Below, in pieces: positions 1-7,724 of a stretch of DNA of 64,000 nt. How positions within the stretch are numbered: position 1 is the first letter of the stretch; the number at the start of each line of letters is the position of its first letter. The notes under the pieces are model-generated. The model was given only the letters and a program-made list of their open reading frames with translations, did not search any database and was not told the origin of the DNA. This DNA comes from an uncultured Candidatus Saccharibacteria bacterium (GTDB lineage: Bacteria; Patescibacteriota; Doudnabacteria; UBA920; O2-02-FULL-48-8). The translations under genes and the position numbers were made by a program. The stretch covers positions 70,771-134,770 of the forward strand of contig CAZSDS010000001.1 in the NCBI GenBank assembly GCA_964605735.1. Reading direction: 5' to 3'.

Positions 1-252
1 AACAATCAACAGCAGAATGTTGACAGTGATAATGATTCAATAATCGAAGAAATTCCAAATACCCTGGAAGGGGAGTTGTTGAATTCAAATGACAAAAGGC
101 GCGGAAATTTAATGCTTTTGCTGAAAGATTCTGATCGTATCATATACTTGAACACTTCCCGCGATTTTTCATCTTTGATTGGCAAACAAGTTTCGGTGAG
201 CATAGAAGGTAGTTTGGATGATTTCCGCCTTCTCGACATTACTGAGCAGTAG
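1..252 (+). CDS. 3' end of a hypothetical protein whose 5' end lies upstream of the window
   Basis: Frame 1 is open from base 1 to TAG at 250-252 (…GELLNSNDKRRGNLMLLLKDSDRIIYLNTSRDFSSLIGKQVSVSIEG…). A textbook intrinsic terminator follows directly. The listed minus-strand ORF 6..239 is its antisense shadow. Confidence 0.4.
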   Translation, partial: NNQQQNVDSDNDSIIEEIPNTLEGELLNSNDKRRGNLMLLLKDSDRIIYLNTSRDFSSLIGKQVSVSIEGSLDDFRLLDITEQ

Positions 253-259
253 AATCGGT

Positions 260-296
260 AAAACGCCGCCTAGATTGACAATAGGCGGCGTTTTTG
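260..296 (+). terminator. Rho-independent terminator
   Basis: Perfect 10-bp stem AACGCCGCCT/AGGCGGCGTT (262-271 / 283-292) with an 11-nt loop and a TTTTT run. Confidence 0.7.
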
Positions 297-389
297 CTAC
301 ATTCCATCTATTCAAGGAGGGTACATGCGCTAGCAACAGATCAGCTCACGTCGTGTTTCTCAAGGTAAACGACTGTTCGGAGGTTCCTT

Positions 390-743
390 ATGTCAGGTAC
401 ACGGGAAAAGAGAACGCGCGAACCCAAAACATATCCAGTTAGACTCTTGTCGTGGTCTGACCCGCCGCGAATCCTTGCTGGGTTGGTCCGCGGAATCGAC
501 AGCGAGGCCTTCGCTGACGAGCGGCTGGTTTCCGGAAGCGACCCGGAAAGCAGTGACCACAAACTTCTCAGGGAGGTCGGCTACTATCAGGCAAGCCCCG
601 GATTCCGACCTTCGCATCTCGAGCCTGATCCCATCGAAGAACTGGAAGATGGGGGCGGGTGGGACTGCCCGGTCGATTTGACCGAGCTCCGTAAGCGTGA
701 AGCCGCTGACGTCCAGCCTCGCGGCTGGGCAAGAAAGTTCTAA
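390..743 (+). CDS. hypothetical acidic 117-aa protein in a high-GC segment
   Basis: ATG at 390 preceded by GGAGG 8 nt upstream. The local GC (about 58%) is well above the window background. I recognise no domain. Confidence 0.4.
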   Translation: MSGTREKRTREPKTYPVRLLSWSDPPRILAGLVRGIDSEAFADERLVSGSDPESSDHKLLREVGYYQASPGFRPSHLEPDPIEELEDGGGWDCPVDLTELRKREAADVQPRGWARKF

Positions 744-885
744 AGCTCGAATCCTGAGCTAGCAAGTCCTCTTCAGGGGCCGTCCGCGTCCACTCAACGC
801 GTACGGCCCCTTCGTCTTGCCCAGGACAAGCCTTTGCTCAGGCTTGAAGCGGCAGGTTTGACAAAATCTAGCGCTTTTACTAGGG

Positions 886-897
886 TTTTGCTATAAT
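886..897 (+). promoter_or_regulatory. extended -10 promoter (TGcTATAAT) for the HU gene
   Basis: TGcTATAAT at 889-897, about 40 nt upstream of the HU start codon. The upstream TTGACA at 858-863 is spaced too far (28 nt) to act as its -35. Confidence 0.5.
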
Positions 898-936
898 ACC
901 CCTGTAATTGTTAATAACTAATCGAAAGGTACCTTC

Positions 937-1221
937 ATGGCAAAAGGAATGACTAAGTCTGAGGTGCTTACTGCGGTTGCTGAAAAAGTCGGCAAATCCC
1001 GCAAAGAAGTGTCTGAAATGATGGATGCTTTGGTCAATTTGGCTTACGAAGAAGCCAAAAAGTCCGGAGAATTCACAATCCCAGGTTTGGGAAAACTTCT
1101 TAAGAAGCACCGAGAAGCACGCATGGGCCGAAACCCAGCAACTGGGGAACAAATTAAGATCCCAGCTAAGACTGTCGTCAAATTCAGAGTCGCAAAAGCA
1201 GCAAAAGACTCGATTCTCTAA
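937..1221 (+). CDS. hup: DNA-binding protein HU
   Basis: 94 aa. MAKGMTKSEVL…IPGLGKL…RNPATGE…IPAKTVVKFR is the canonical HU/IHF fold signature. Confidence 0.92.
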   Translation: MAKGMTKSEVLTAVAEKVGKSRKEVSEMMDALVNLAYEEAKKSGEFTIPGLGKLLKKHREARMGRNPATGEQIKIPAKTVVKFRVAKAAKDSIL

Positions 1222-1230
1222 CGATCAAAA

Positions 1231-1256
1231 AAAGCACCCGCTTCGGGTGCTTTTCG
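1231..1256 (+). terminator. Rho-independent terminator
   Basis: Stem GCACCCG/GGGTGC with loop CTTC and a TTTT run immediately after the HU stop. Confidence 0.7.
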
Positions 1257-1564
1257 GTTATTTTTGGTGCGATTTACCAATTGTGTATAACTATCTTGAC
1301 TAGTTAAGCATTTGCTAAATATAATGCTTACGGTTAGGGATGTCCAGTAATTCAGTGGCAGTTTCACAGTCTAATTTGATGATGCTAACCCAAACTATGC
1401 AGAGATAATAAAGCCGCCTGAAAGCCCTGGAATGGGCGGGTGGCTTTTTTGCTACAAAAACGGCAGCAATCGTCATTTTTTGACTAAACAGACTGGCAGA
1501 AAGCATAAATAAAATTTGTTTTCCAACTTTTAAAAATTGGAAAAAATCAAATTACGGGAAGGGG

Positions 1565-2254
1565 GTGAACTTAATGAACGAACAAAATTACCTTAACGAC
1601 GTCAGAGAACCATTGGAAAATTTGTATAACGGTTTCGTAGACTTCCTACCGGAGTTCCTCGTGGCTGTTATCGTCCTCGTGGTTGGGTGGATTTTGGCTG
1701 CAATCATTGCAAGAGGCATAAAAACTTTGTTGCAATCAGCCAAGGTCGACGAATTTGGCGATCGCATGGGTCTGGATCAGGTTTCTCAGCGCACCGGAAT
1801 CAAAATGTCCATTGCTGGAACCATCGCCTGGTTGGTGAAGTGGTTCTTGTTGGTGGCCTTGTTCCTGGCTGCGGCTGATATCCTGGGCTTAGACCAGATT
1901 GCAGAATTCTTGCGCCGCGTTTTGGATTACATCCCTAACGTAGTCGCAGCAGCTGCTATCTTGCTTGCTGGTTTGATGCTCGCGCGATTCCTCGCAAGAG
2001 TTGTTCGCGGAAGCGTCCAGGCAGCTGGTTTGTCATCAGCTGACTTGTTGGCTGCTGTTACTCAGTGGTCAATCGCTGTGTTCACCATCTTGGCTGCATT
2101 GCAGCAGCTCGGAATTGCTCCTGACTTGATCGGAACTCTGTTCACTGCATTCGTCTACATGATTGCATTGGCCGGAGGTCTGGCATTCGGTTTGGGTGGC
2201 AAGGAACACGCATCACGTGTGCTCGACAAAATTGAACGCGACATCAAATCCTAA
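1565..2254 (+). CDS. integral membrane protein with repeated conserved TM-helix units (MscS-associated TM_helix-like repeats)
   Basis: 229 aa. Three similar hydrophobic repeats (LPEFLVAVIVLVVGWILAAIIARGIK; IAGTIAWLVKWFLLVALFLAAADILGLDQIAEFL; VVAAAAILLAGLMLARFLARVVRGSVQAAGLS). The start could instead be the second Met at 1574. Confidence 0.55.
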   Translation: MNLMNEQNYLNDVREPLENLYNGFVDFLPEFLVAVIVLVVGWILAAIIARGIKTLLQSAKVDEFGDRMGLDQVSQRTGIKMSIAGTIAWLVKWFLLVALFLAAADILGLDQIAEFLRRVLDYIPNVVAAAAILLAGLMLARFLARVVRGSVQAAGLSSADLLAAVTQWSIAVFTILAALQQLGIAPDLIGTLFTAFVYMIALAGGLAFGLGGKEHASRVLDKIERDIKS

Positions 2255-2288
2255 ATTTGATTTCACAATTCAAAAAGTTTTTGAAAAA

Positions 2289-2318
2289 AACAACTCGCAC
2301 TAAAGCGAGTTGTTTTTA
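2289..2318 (+). terminator. Rho-independent terminator
   Basis: CAACTCGC/GCGAGTTG 8-bp stem with loop ACTAAA and a TTTTT run. Confidence 0.7.
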
Positions 2319-2410
2319 AGTTAGCTAAAAAGTTTTTTGCGCGCAGTTCGTAGTTGTTAAAGTTTTTTCCTGCGGATGAGTCGGTGATGGTTTTTGATTA
2401 TAGCAACCGG

Positions 2411-2550
2411 GTACTTAGCTCGTGGGATCTCTGCCGTCAGGACACCGCAGTCCGCCTCAAGCGGACGAGACTAAGCAAAATCCCATGTAAGAGGAAAGTA
2501 TAAGTTGAGGGATGTATGCGGTCCTGAAAGGCAGAGGACCGCGAGCGCTA
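2411..2550 (+). repeat. copy 1 of a ~130-nt structured intergenic repeat; the second copy is at 63064-63211
   Basis: About 85% identity to 63064-63211. It contains the inverted repeat CTCTGCCGTCAGGAC…GTCCTGAAAGGCAGAG, a nested hairpin GTCCGC…GCGGAC and no ORF. Confidence 0.7.
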
Positions 2551-2619
2551 AGGGTAGTAGAGCGGGATGTAAAAATGAGAGTAAGCTAAAAGTTTCCCTC
2601 GTGAAATTTTCCACTGTGC

Positions 2620-2654
2620 GCAAAAAAAGAAAACCGCATCTGTATATGCGGTTC
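2620..2654 (-). terminator. Rho-independent terminator for the minus-strand CAP-domain gene
   Basis: On the + strand an A-run (2622-2633) precedes the hairpin AACCGCAT/ATGCGGTT. On the minus strand this reads as hairpin plus U-run. Confidence 0.6.
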
Positions 2655-2697
2655 CCTAAGAGTTGAAAACTTTTGCCTGATTGAAACGGCTAATCCT

Positions 2698-3183
2698 TTA
2701 TTCGCGAATAGCCAGATGATCAATGCGTGAGCCGAACAACTGCACGATGATCTTCTGTCCGTTTCGGTAAACGATTGCCACACCCATGTCGCGGTAGTTC
2801 GATGACAGAATGTTGGCCCTATGTTTAGGTGAGTTCATCCAAGATTGTTCCAAGTCCTCGGAGTCCTCAAAACCTATCGCCAAATTTTCTCCGGCATAGG
2901 AGTAGTTGTATCCCATTGATTTGAACCAGTGCCAAGGTTTAACCCCCTCCGGGCTGACGTGTGCGAAATACTCCTTCGCTAACATGTCTTGAGCTTTGGC
3001 AAAGGCGGCCAAATTCAAATCATGGTCGAGTTGTAAGGCCGGGAGCCCGAACAGGGCTCTGTCCTCATTGGCTTGCATGAGCACTTGCTCCACGGTCAAA
3101 GTTTCCCGCGCAGCGGACGCAGGGAAGGTGACGACCATGGCAACGGCTGCACACAACACGGCAGTACGTAATTTCCTATGCAT
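2698..3183 (-). CDS. secreted CAP/SCP/PR-1 (YkwD-like) domain protein
   Basis: Signal-peptide-like N-terminus MHRKLRTAVLCAAVAMVVTFPASAA. CAP motifs YFAHVSPEG, GENLA, WMNSPKHRANIL. Start chosen at the internal Met (ORF 2698..3231). Confidence 0.75.
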   Translation of the reverse strand: MHRKLRTAVLCAAVAMVVTFPASAARETLTVEQVLMQANEDRALFGLPALQLDHDLNLAAFAKAQDMLAKEYFAHVSPEGVKPWHWFKSMGYNYSYAGENLAIGFEDSEDLEQSWMNSPKHRANILSSNYRDMGVAIVYRNGQKIIVQLFGSRIDHLAIRE

Positions 3184-3401
3184 TTTACTTTTGTTTTTGT
3201 TTCCGCGACCATCACAAAAAATATCCCGCAAACTTCCTTGGAAAGAGGAAATTAGCTCATATGAAGGTGATATTTAATTGCTTTTTGTTTTTGTTTCGAT
3301 CGCTGAGCGAAAGTTTTTTATCACTCTAAGTGTATTATAGCAGAAATCCGGAAATTTTGCAAGAAGCTGGGTTGTAACCTTGGAGCATTTACCTTTTTGT
3401 T

Positions 3402-4505
3402 TTGGTTTGGCATAATAAGTGCCATATGATGCCTGAATATCAAATCAAACAAACACGAAGAAACGGCCGCAGAATATTTGCGCTTGCTGTCTTTCTTCTT
3501 TTGGTTTTTGGAGCAGGGTTTTTGGTCTATGCTTATGCAAAAGTTCACCGTCCAACCAGCTCGGTTAGCGTGCCGGTTACCTTCAGCGTCCCGCAAGGCG
3601 CAACCACCAGGGAAGTTGGCACCGCGTTAAAAGAGAAAAGCCTGATCACAAGCAACTTGATCTTTGTCGGTTATGCTTTGATGGAAGGCGCAAGCGGGAA
3701 AATCCAGGCTGGAGACTACGCTCTGGACAGGAACATGAGCATGAAAGATATTCTGGGGAAATTAACTAGCGGGAATGTGACACGAAACACCAAGCGTGTG
3801 ACAATAGTGGAAGGTGCGAACAACAAACAGGTGCAGAAAGCTTTGGTTGATGCCGGGTTGGTTACTGCGGGACAATTTGAAGATGCAGTGAGCGTTGACT
3901 ACGATTTTGACTTTAATCCTTCAGCGCGCGAACAGGAGTACGAAGGCTATCTTTTCCCGGATACTTACCAGTTCGATGCCACTTGGAACGCAGAGCAGAT
4001 TATTGGACGCATGCTTCAAAACTTTGAAAGCAAAATTACCGCGCAGATGAGAGCGGACATTGAAGAAAAAAATTTGGATATGTCTGAAGTTGTTATCCTT
4101 GCGTCAATTGTTGAGAGGGAGGTTGGAAGAGCTTCTTCCGTCCAGCTGACAGAAGAAGTTCGTGCGACTTTACAGCGTGAGCGCGAGCAAGTCGCTTCTG
4201 TCTTTTTCAACCGGCTGGAGATTGGCATGCCTTTGCAGTCTGATGCAACCGTAAACTACGCCACAGGAAAAAGTGACAGGCGAGCATTGCTTTCAGATTT
4301 GGAAATCGATTCCCCTTACAACACCTACAAGTACGCCGGCCTTCCGCCCGGCCCGATCAGCAACCCCGGAATAAATTCCCTTCGGGCCGTCATCTATCCT
4401 GCTGACACAAACTATCTTTACTTTTTGAACAACAAGGAAGGAGTGGCGTACTTCGGGCGCACTCTGGAAGAACACAACTCCAACCGCGCGCGTTACCTTG
4501 ACTAA
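3402..4505 (+). CDS. mltG: endolytic murein transglycosylase MltG (YceG family)
   Basis: N-terminal TM helix, then the YceG signature LQSDATVNYATGK…YNTYKYAGLPPGPISNPG. Confidence 0.85.
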   Translation: MVWHNKCHMMPEYQIKQTRRNGRRIFALAVFLLLVFGAGFLVYAYAKVHRPTSSVSVPVTFSVPQGATTREVGTALKEKSLITSNLIFVGYALMEGASGKIQAGDYALDRNMSMKDILGKLTSGNVTRNTKRVTIVEGANNKQVQKALVDAGLVTAGQFEDAVSVDYDFDFNPSAREQEYEGYLFPDTYQFDATWNAEQIIGRMLQNFESKITAQMRADIEEKNLDMSEVVILASIVEREVGRASSVQLTEEVRATLQREREQVASVFFNRLEIGMPLQSDATVNYATGKSDRRALLSDLEIDSPYNTYKYAGLPPGPISNPGINSLRAVIYPADTNYLYFLNNKEGVAYFGRTLEEHNSNRARYLD

Positions 4506-4514
4506 CCATTTAGA

Positions 4515-4549
4515 AAAATTCCGCAACAGCTTTGACGCGGAATTTTTTA
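4515..4549 (+). terminator. Rho-independent terminator
   Basis: AAATTCCGC/GCGGAATTT stem and a TTTTTT run. Confidence 0.65.
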
Positions 4550-4606
4550 TTGCTTACAATTCCGACAACAGTTTTGGCGGTTCGTTCCAAACACAGAGGG
4601 GGAGTC

Positions 4607-5557
4607 ATGGAGCATGCTGAGGGTACGGTTGTATCGGTTTCTGGCTCCCAGGCAGTTGCGCCCGGAGTTAATGATTCTGCAAAGAGGGTTTTCGACGACC
4701 GCCGTAAAATCCGGCGCCGTGCGTTCCGGATCGCAATCAGTGGTTTGGTTCTGGGACTGGTCGGCTTTGTTTCCTCAATCTTTTTTGCCCGGGCGCTTTT
4801 GCTCAGGGTGGTAAAAGTGGAAGGTGAACTCGCCTACGAACGACTGGCTCGGCGGGCACTTCAGGCAGAGCTTGAAGAAGTTCGTCTCGCAGTCCCGTTT
4901 CCCACCTTTGACGACCTCAAACTTCGGATGCAAAAGGAGTTTGGGATCATTGGACCGGAATTGCTCCGGAAACACAAGGACAGTTTTGTCGAGCTTTATT
5001 CCTATGATGACCGGAACATGAGCAATTACGGCACTGCCGGTTATCTGGGAAACGGCTACTTCATTACCGTAAAACACGGAGTGATAGCTTTGGGCCAGGG
5101 AGGGTCCAGCGGCCGAAAAATCACTTCAGTAAAGATCAGCTATAAAGGCAGGCTTCTGCCGGCAACCCTGGTGGACTACGGGGACGCAAAGGTTGAGGTG
5201 GATGCCGGAGATTGGGCCATTATCCGCGTAAAAGATGACCTGGAGCTTCCTGCGCTTACGGTAGCAGTGGATTACCAGTTTGAGTTCGCTGATCCCATTT
5301 TCCGCCTGGGAAATGACTATTCAAAGGGCATTATCCCGGCCACTGGCTTTGTCGGCCAGAGAACGGAGAACAGGTTGGTTACCTGCCTTACTGACGGGCA
5401 TCCGGGCGTTTCCGGCGGCGGTGTCCTGAACCTGGAGGGTGAACTGGTGGGCATCCCCGTAGGGAGAATGCAGGGGGACTTCCGGTTTTCCTTCATTCTG
5501 CCGCTCCGGCAGGAAATGTTCCAAAAAGTGCCGCACCTTCGGGTGCCGCCTGCGTGA
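4607..5557 (+). CDS. membrane-anchored trypsin-like (S1C/HtrA-type) serine protease domain protein, no PDZ
   Basis: Start at MEHAEG, preceded by AGGGGGAG (ORF opens at 4532). TM helix SGLVLGLVGFVSSIFF. His (TVKHGV), Asp (DWAIIRV) and Ser (GHPGVSGGGVLN) triad elements are all retained. Confidence 0.6.
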   Translation: MEHAEGTVVSVSGSQAVAPGVNDSAKRVFDDRRKIRRRAFRIAISGLVLGLVGFVSSIFFARALLLRVVKVEGELAYERLARRALQAELEEVRLAVPFPTFDDLKLRMQKEFGIIGPELLRKHKDSFVELYSYDDRNMSNYGTAGYLGNGYFITVKHGVIALGQGGSSGRKITSVKISYKGRLLPATLVDYGDAKVEVDAGDWAIIRVKDDLELPALTVAVDYQFEFADPIFRLGNDYSKGIIPATGFVGQRTENRLVTCLTDGHPGVSGGGVLNLEGELVGIPVGRMQGDFRFSFILPLRQEMFQKVPHLRVPPA

Positions 5558-5577
5558 AATACCGCAGGCTTTTTTTA
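5549..5577 (+). terminator. Rho-independent terminator overlapping the stop codon
   Basis: CCTGCG/CGCAGG stem and a TTTTTTT run. Confidence 0.65.
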
Positions 5578-5601
5578 TTCGCCAACCCTTCGAAGACGGT
5601 A

Positions 5602-5630
5602 TTGACAGGGCACCCCTTTTTCTATATACT
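5602..5630 (+). promoter_or_regulatory. sigma70-like promoter for the rplJ-rplL operon
   Basis: TTGACA(5602-5607)-17 nt-TATACT(5625-5630). Confidence 0.55.
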
Positions 5631-5639
5631 GTGTAGGTT

Positions 5640-5810
5640 AATTGAATATCTCCAAAGACCGCCGCTGGTTTGGCCATAAACCTTACCTTAATCCGCTGCG
5701 ATAGGAAATAGCGCAATTTTTGCGTAATGTTACCGACGTCTTTGGATGTCGGATTTTTGTTTCCGCTCATTAAAGATTTCAATTATTTCTTTCACATAAT
5801 TAAGAAAGAC
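5640..5810 (+). promoter_or_regulatory. ribosomal protein L10 leader region with attenuator hairpin
   Basis: Long-range complement CCAAAGAC (5654-61)/GTCTTTGG (5740-47). Hairpin CCGAC-GTCTTTGGAT-GTCGG (5733-5752) followed by a TTTTT run, upstream of rplJ. Confidence 0.45.
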
Positions 5811-5813
5811 GAA

Positions 5814-6335
5814 ATGGCAACAACAAGGCAAGAGAAAGAAGAGCAGCTCAAGCAGCTCGTCGCTGATCTTACCGATGCCCGCGGTGTCGTCTTCGCGCAG
5901 TATCGAGGCTTGACTGTAAAAGCAATCGATAACATCAGAAAAAATTTGCGCAAAGAAAACATCAAGTACCAAGTCGTGAAAGTGACTTTGCTCAAAAAAG
6001 CTTTTGAGCAACTCGGAATTAATTCCGAAGAGTTCACTTACACAGGACCAATCGCAGTCGCAATTTCAAACGACGACGAAACAACTCCTGCAAGAATCAT
6101 AAAAGCTCTTGGTAAAGAAAATCCAAACCTGACTTTGGATGGCGGAGTTATCGAAAAGAAAGTGATCGGAAAGCAGATGGTTCTCCAGCTTGCGGATCTT
6201 CCAGGCAAGCAACAGTTGCTCGGTCAGTTGGTGTCAGTCATCGCGGGTCCTGCTCGCGGATTGGTCACTGTTCTTTCCGGCAACATGAGGCAGTTGGTTT
6301 ACGCCCTCAACGCTATCGCAGAAGCGAAGAAATAA
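5814..6335 (+). CDS. rplJ: 50S ribosomal protein L10
   Basis: [43 protein letters not shown]… is a typical L10. The ORF opens at 5727, but the conserved start is the internal Met. Confidence 0.9.
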   Translation: MATTRQEKEEQLKQLVADLTDARGVVFAQYRGLTVKAIDNIRKNLRKENIKYQVVKVTLLKKAFEQLGINSEEFTYTGPIAVAISNDDETTPARIIKALGKENPNLTLDGGVIEKKVIGKQMVLQLADLPGKQQLLGQLVSVIAGPARGLVTVLSGNMRQLVYALNAIAEAKK

Positions 6336-6439
6336 AATTTCTTGTACAAGAAATTTTATTACAGTTTGCGAAACAAGTTCGCAGTTCGAACGTTCGAATT
6401 AATTTATTAAATAATTTTTTAAGTCAAAGGAATCTACAA

Positions 6440-6835
6440 ATGGCAGACGTACAAGTCCCAGAGAAGTTTCAGGGTTTGGTTTCTGAGATCGAAAAGCTTT
6501 CCGTTTTGGAGCTTTCCGAACTCGTAAAAGTTTTGGAAGAAAAGTTTGGCGTATCAGCAGCAGCTCCTATGATGGTAGCTGGCGGTGCAGCAGCTGGCGC
6601 AGGTGCAGCAGCAGCTGAAGAGAAGACTGAATTCACAGTTGAGCTCACAGATGCAGGTGCCAACAAGATCAACGTCATCAAAGTTGTCCGTGAAGCAACC
6701 GGCAAAGGTTTGAAGGAAGCTAAGGACCTCGTTGACGGCGCTCCAAAAGCAATCAAGGAAAACATCTCTAAAGCAGATGCAGAAGCTTTGAAGAAGCAAT
6801 TGGAAGAAGCAGGCGCAAAAGTTACCCTCAAGTAA
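6440..6835 (+). CDS. rplL: 50S ribosomal protein L7/L12
   Basis: N-terminal dimerisation helix, Ala/Gly-rich hinge and the C-terminal domain [28 protein letters not shown]. Confidence 0.92.
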   Translation: MADVQVPEKFQGLVSEIEKLSVLELSELVKVLEEKFGVSAAAPMMVAGGAAAGAGAAAAEEKTEFTVELTDAGANKINVIKVVREATGKGLKEAKDLVDGAPKAIKENISKADAEALKKQLEEAGAKVTLK

Positions 6836-6851
6836 CAAAATATTTTCTTAA

Positions 6852-6885
6852 AAACCCGCAGTCATAAGCTGCGGGTTTTTATTTT
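6852..6885 (+). terminator. Rho-independent terminator
   Basis: AACCCGCAG/CTGCGGGTT stem and a TTTTT run. Confidence 0.75.
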
Positions 6886-7082
6886 GATCGCCTGCGTGGT
6901 TTTGCCTGTCCGAAGTACGCGGTCAATTTTTATTTCGCAATAAAAATTGCCGCTCAATTCTCAACCGTCTGAGGGCGGTTTCCGAAAGCCTTCATCCAAG
7001 CAAAAACCACTTCAGCGTCACACAAAAACTTGACAGCTTCAGAGAGCGGTTTTAGTTTTTGAGAAAATTATTACACCAGCCT

Positions 7083-7111
7083 TTGACAACGGCGTCAAAT
7101 TTTGCTATAAT
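7083..7111 (+). promoter_or_regulatory. consensus sigma70 promoter
   Basis: TTGACA(7083-88)-17 nt-TATAAT(7106-11), with a TG at -15/-14 giving an extended -10. Confidence 0.6.
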
Positions 7112-7234
7112 TGTGTTAGATAGAGTAAGGAACAGGCCAAAAAACTTCAGCCTTTCCTGAAAAAATCAGTTCGAAACCAAAATAAAAAACAATTAAATAC
7201 TGGGATTTCTGAGCAAGGGGATTATTGTATTCTT

Positions 7235-7723
7235 TTGTTTTGTTCCCGAACAGTAATGAAAACTGACTATAAAAATTTAAGCCTTTTCGAAGCCGCAGTT
7301 GTCGTCTTGATTGTTGTTGGTCTCGGATTGATAAGCTTACAAATTTTTATTGCCCTTCCTGAGGGATCTCGGACACAACTCGGTTCAGCTTTGCAGGTGT
7401 TTGAGATGTCTGACGCAGTTGCAGAGGTGGTGAAAACGCATGAAATTGTGAACCGATACGTCTTTAAGGGAGTTGGCGAATTTTATAATGAGTTTTACCT
7501 TGCCATGAGTGAGGTGCTTGTTCCGGTTGGCGAAGGGATTCTTGATACAACAGCCGTTGCCCAAAGGACTGTCGCAGCTGGCGGGAGCTTTATGAAAGAA
7601 TTTGTCCAGCTGAGTGACTACCTTGCTTCAAATTATGCAAACAACAATACAGCCGTGACTGGAGTCGAAGCCGGCGCAGGAGGAAAAATTATGGGTGCGT
7701 ATTTAGAAAAGCTTTCGCAATAA
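7235..7723 (+). CDS. hypothetical N-terminally anchored protein, paralog 1 of 3 in tandem
   Basis: N-terminal TM helix AAVVVLIVVGLGLISLQIFIAL. Shares blocks with the next two ORFs (…SDAVAEVV…FYNEFYLA…GAYLEKL). Confidence 0.5.
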   Translation: MFCSRTVMKTDYKNLSLFEAAVVVLIVVGLGLISLQIFIALPEGSRTQLGSALQVFEMSDAVAEVVKTHEIVNRYVFKGVGEFYNEFYLAMSEVLVPVGEGILDTTAVAQRTVAAGGSFMKEFVQLSDYLASNYANNNTAVTGVEAGAGGKIMGAYLEKLSQ

Positions 7724-7724
7724 A

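Noticed and set aside
6-239. Minus-strand 77-aa ORF at the window start.
   Set aside because: The + strand frame 1 is open from base 1 to the TAG at 250-252 and is followed at once by a textbook terminator. The minus ORF is its antisense shadow.
400-780. High-GC non-AT-rich region. I considered RNase P RNA, tmRNA or SRP RNA, since GC-rich structural RNAs stand out in AT-rich genomes.
   Set aside because: None of the conserved motifs are present on either strand (GGAAAGUCCGG and ACAGAACCCGGCUUA for RNase P, a tRNA-like 3' end with GGUUCGANUCC for tmRNA, SRP domain IV). The region has a strong RBS and a clean 117-codon ORF. I treat it as foreign coding DNA, with a recommendation to run cmscan.
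1300-1560. 270-bp gap after the HU terminator containing hairpins (GGTTAG…CTAACC; GCCGCC…GGCGGG followed by TTTTTT). I considered a small RNA gene such as SRP or 6S.
   Set aside because: I found no conserved SRP domain IV (GGAA tetraloop with symmetric loop) or 6S central-bubble architecture that I could verify by eye. It is left unannotated but would be worth a cmscan.
6469-6838. Two overlapping minus-strand ORFs (120 and 94 aa) inside rplL. Similar long antisense ORFs lie inside other genes, for example 52508-53323 and 23697-24290.
   Set aside because: They lie entirely within well-supported conserved genes on the opposite strand. They are Ala/Ser/Cys-rich translations typical of antisense frames.
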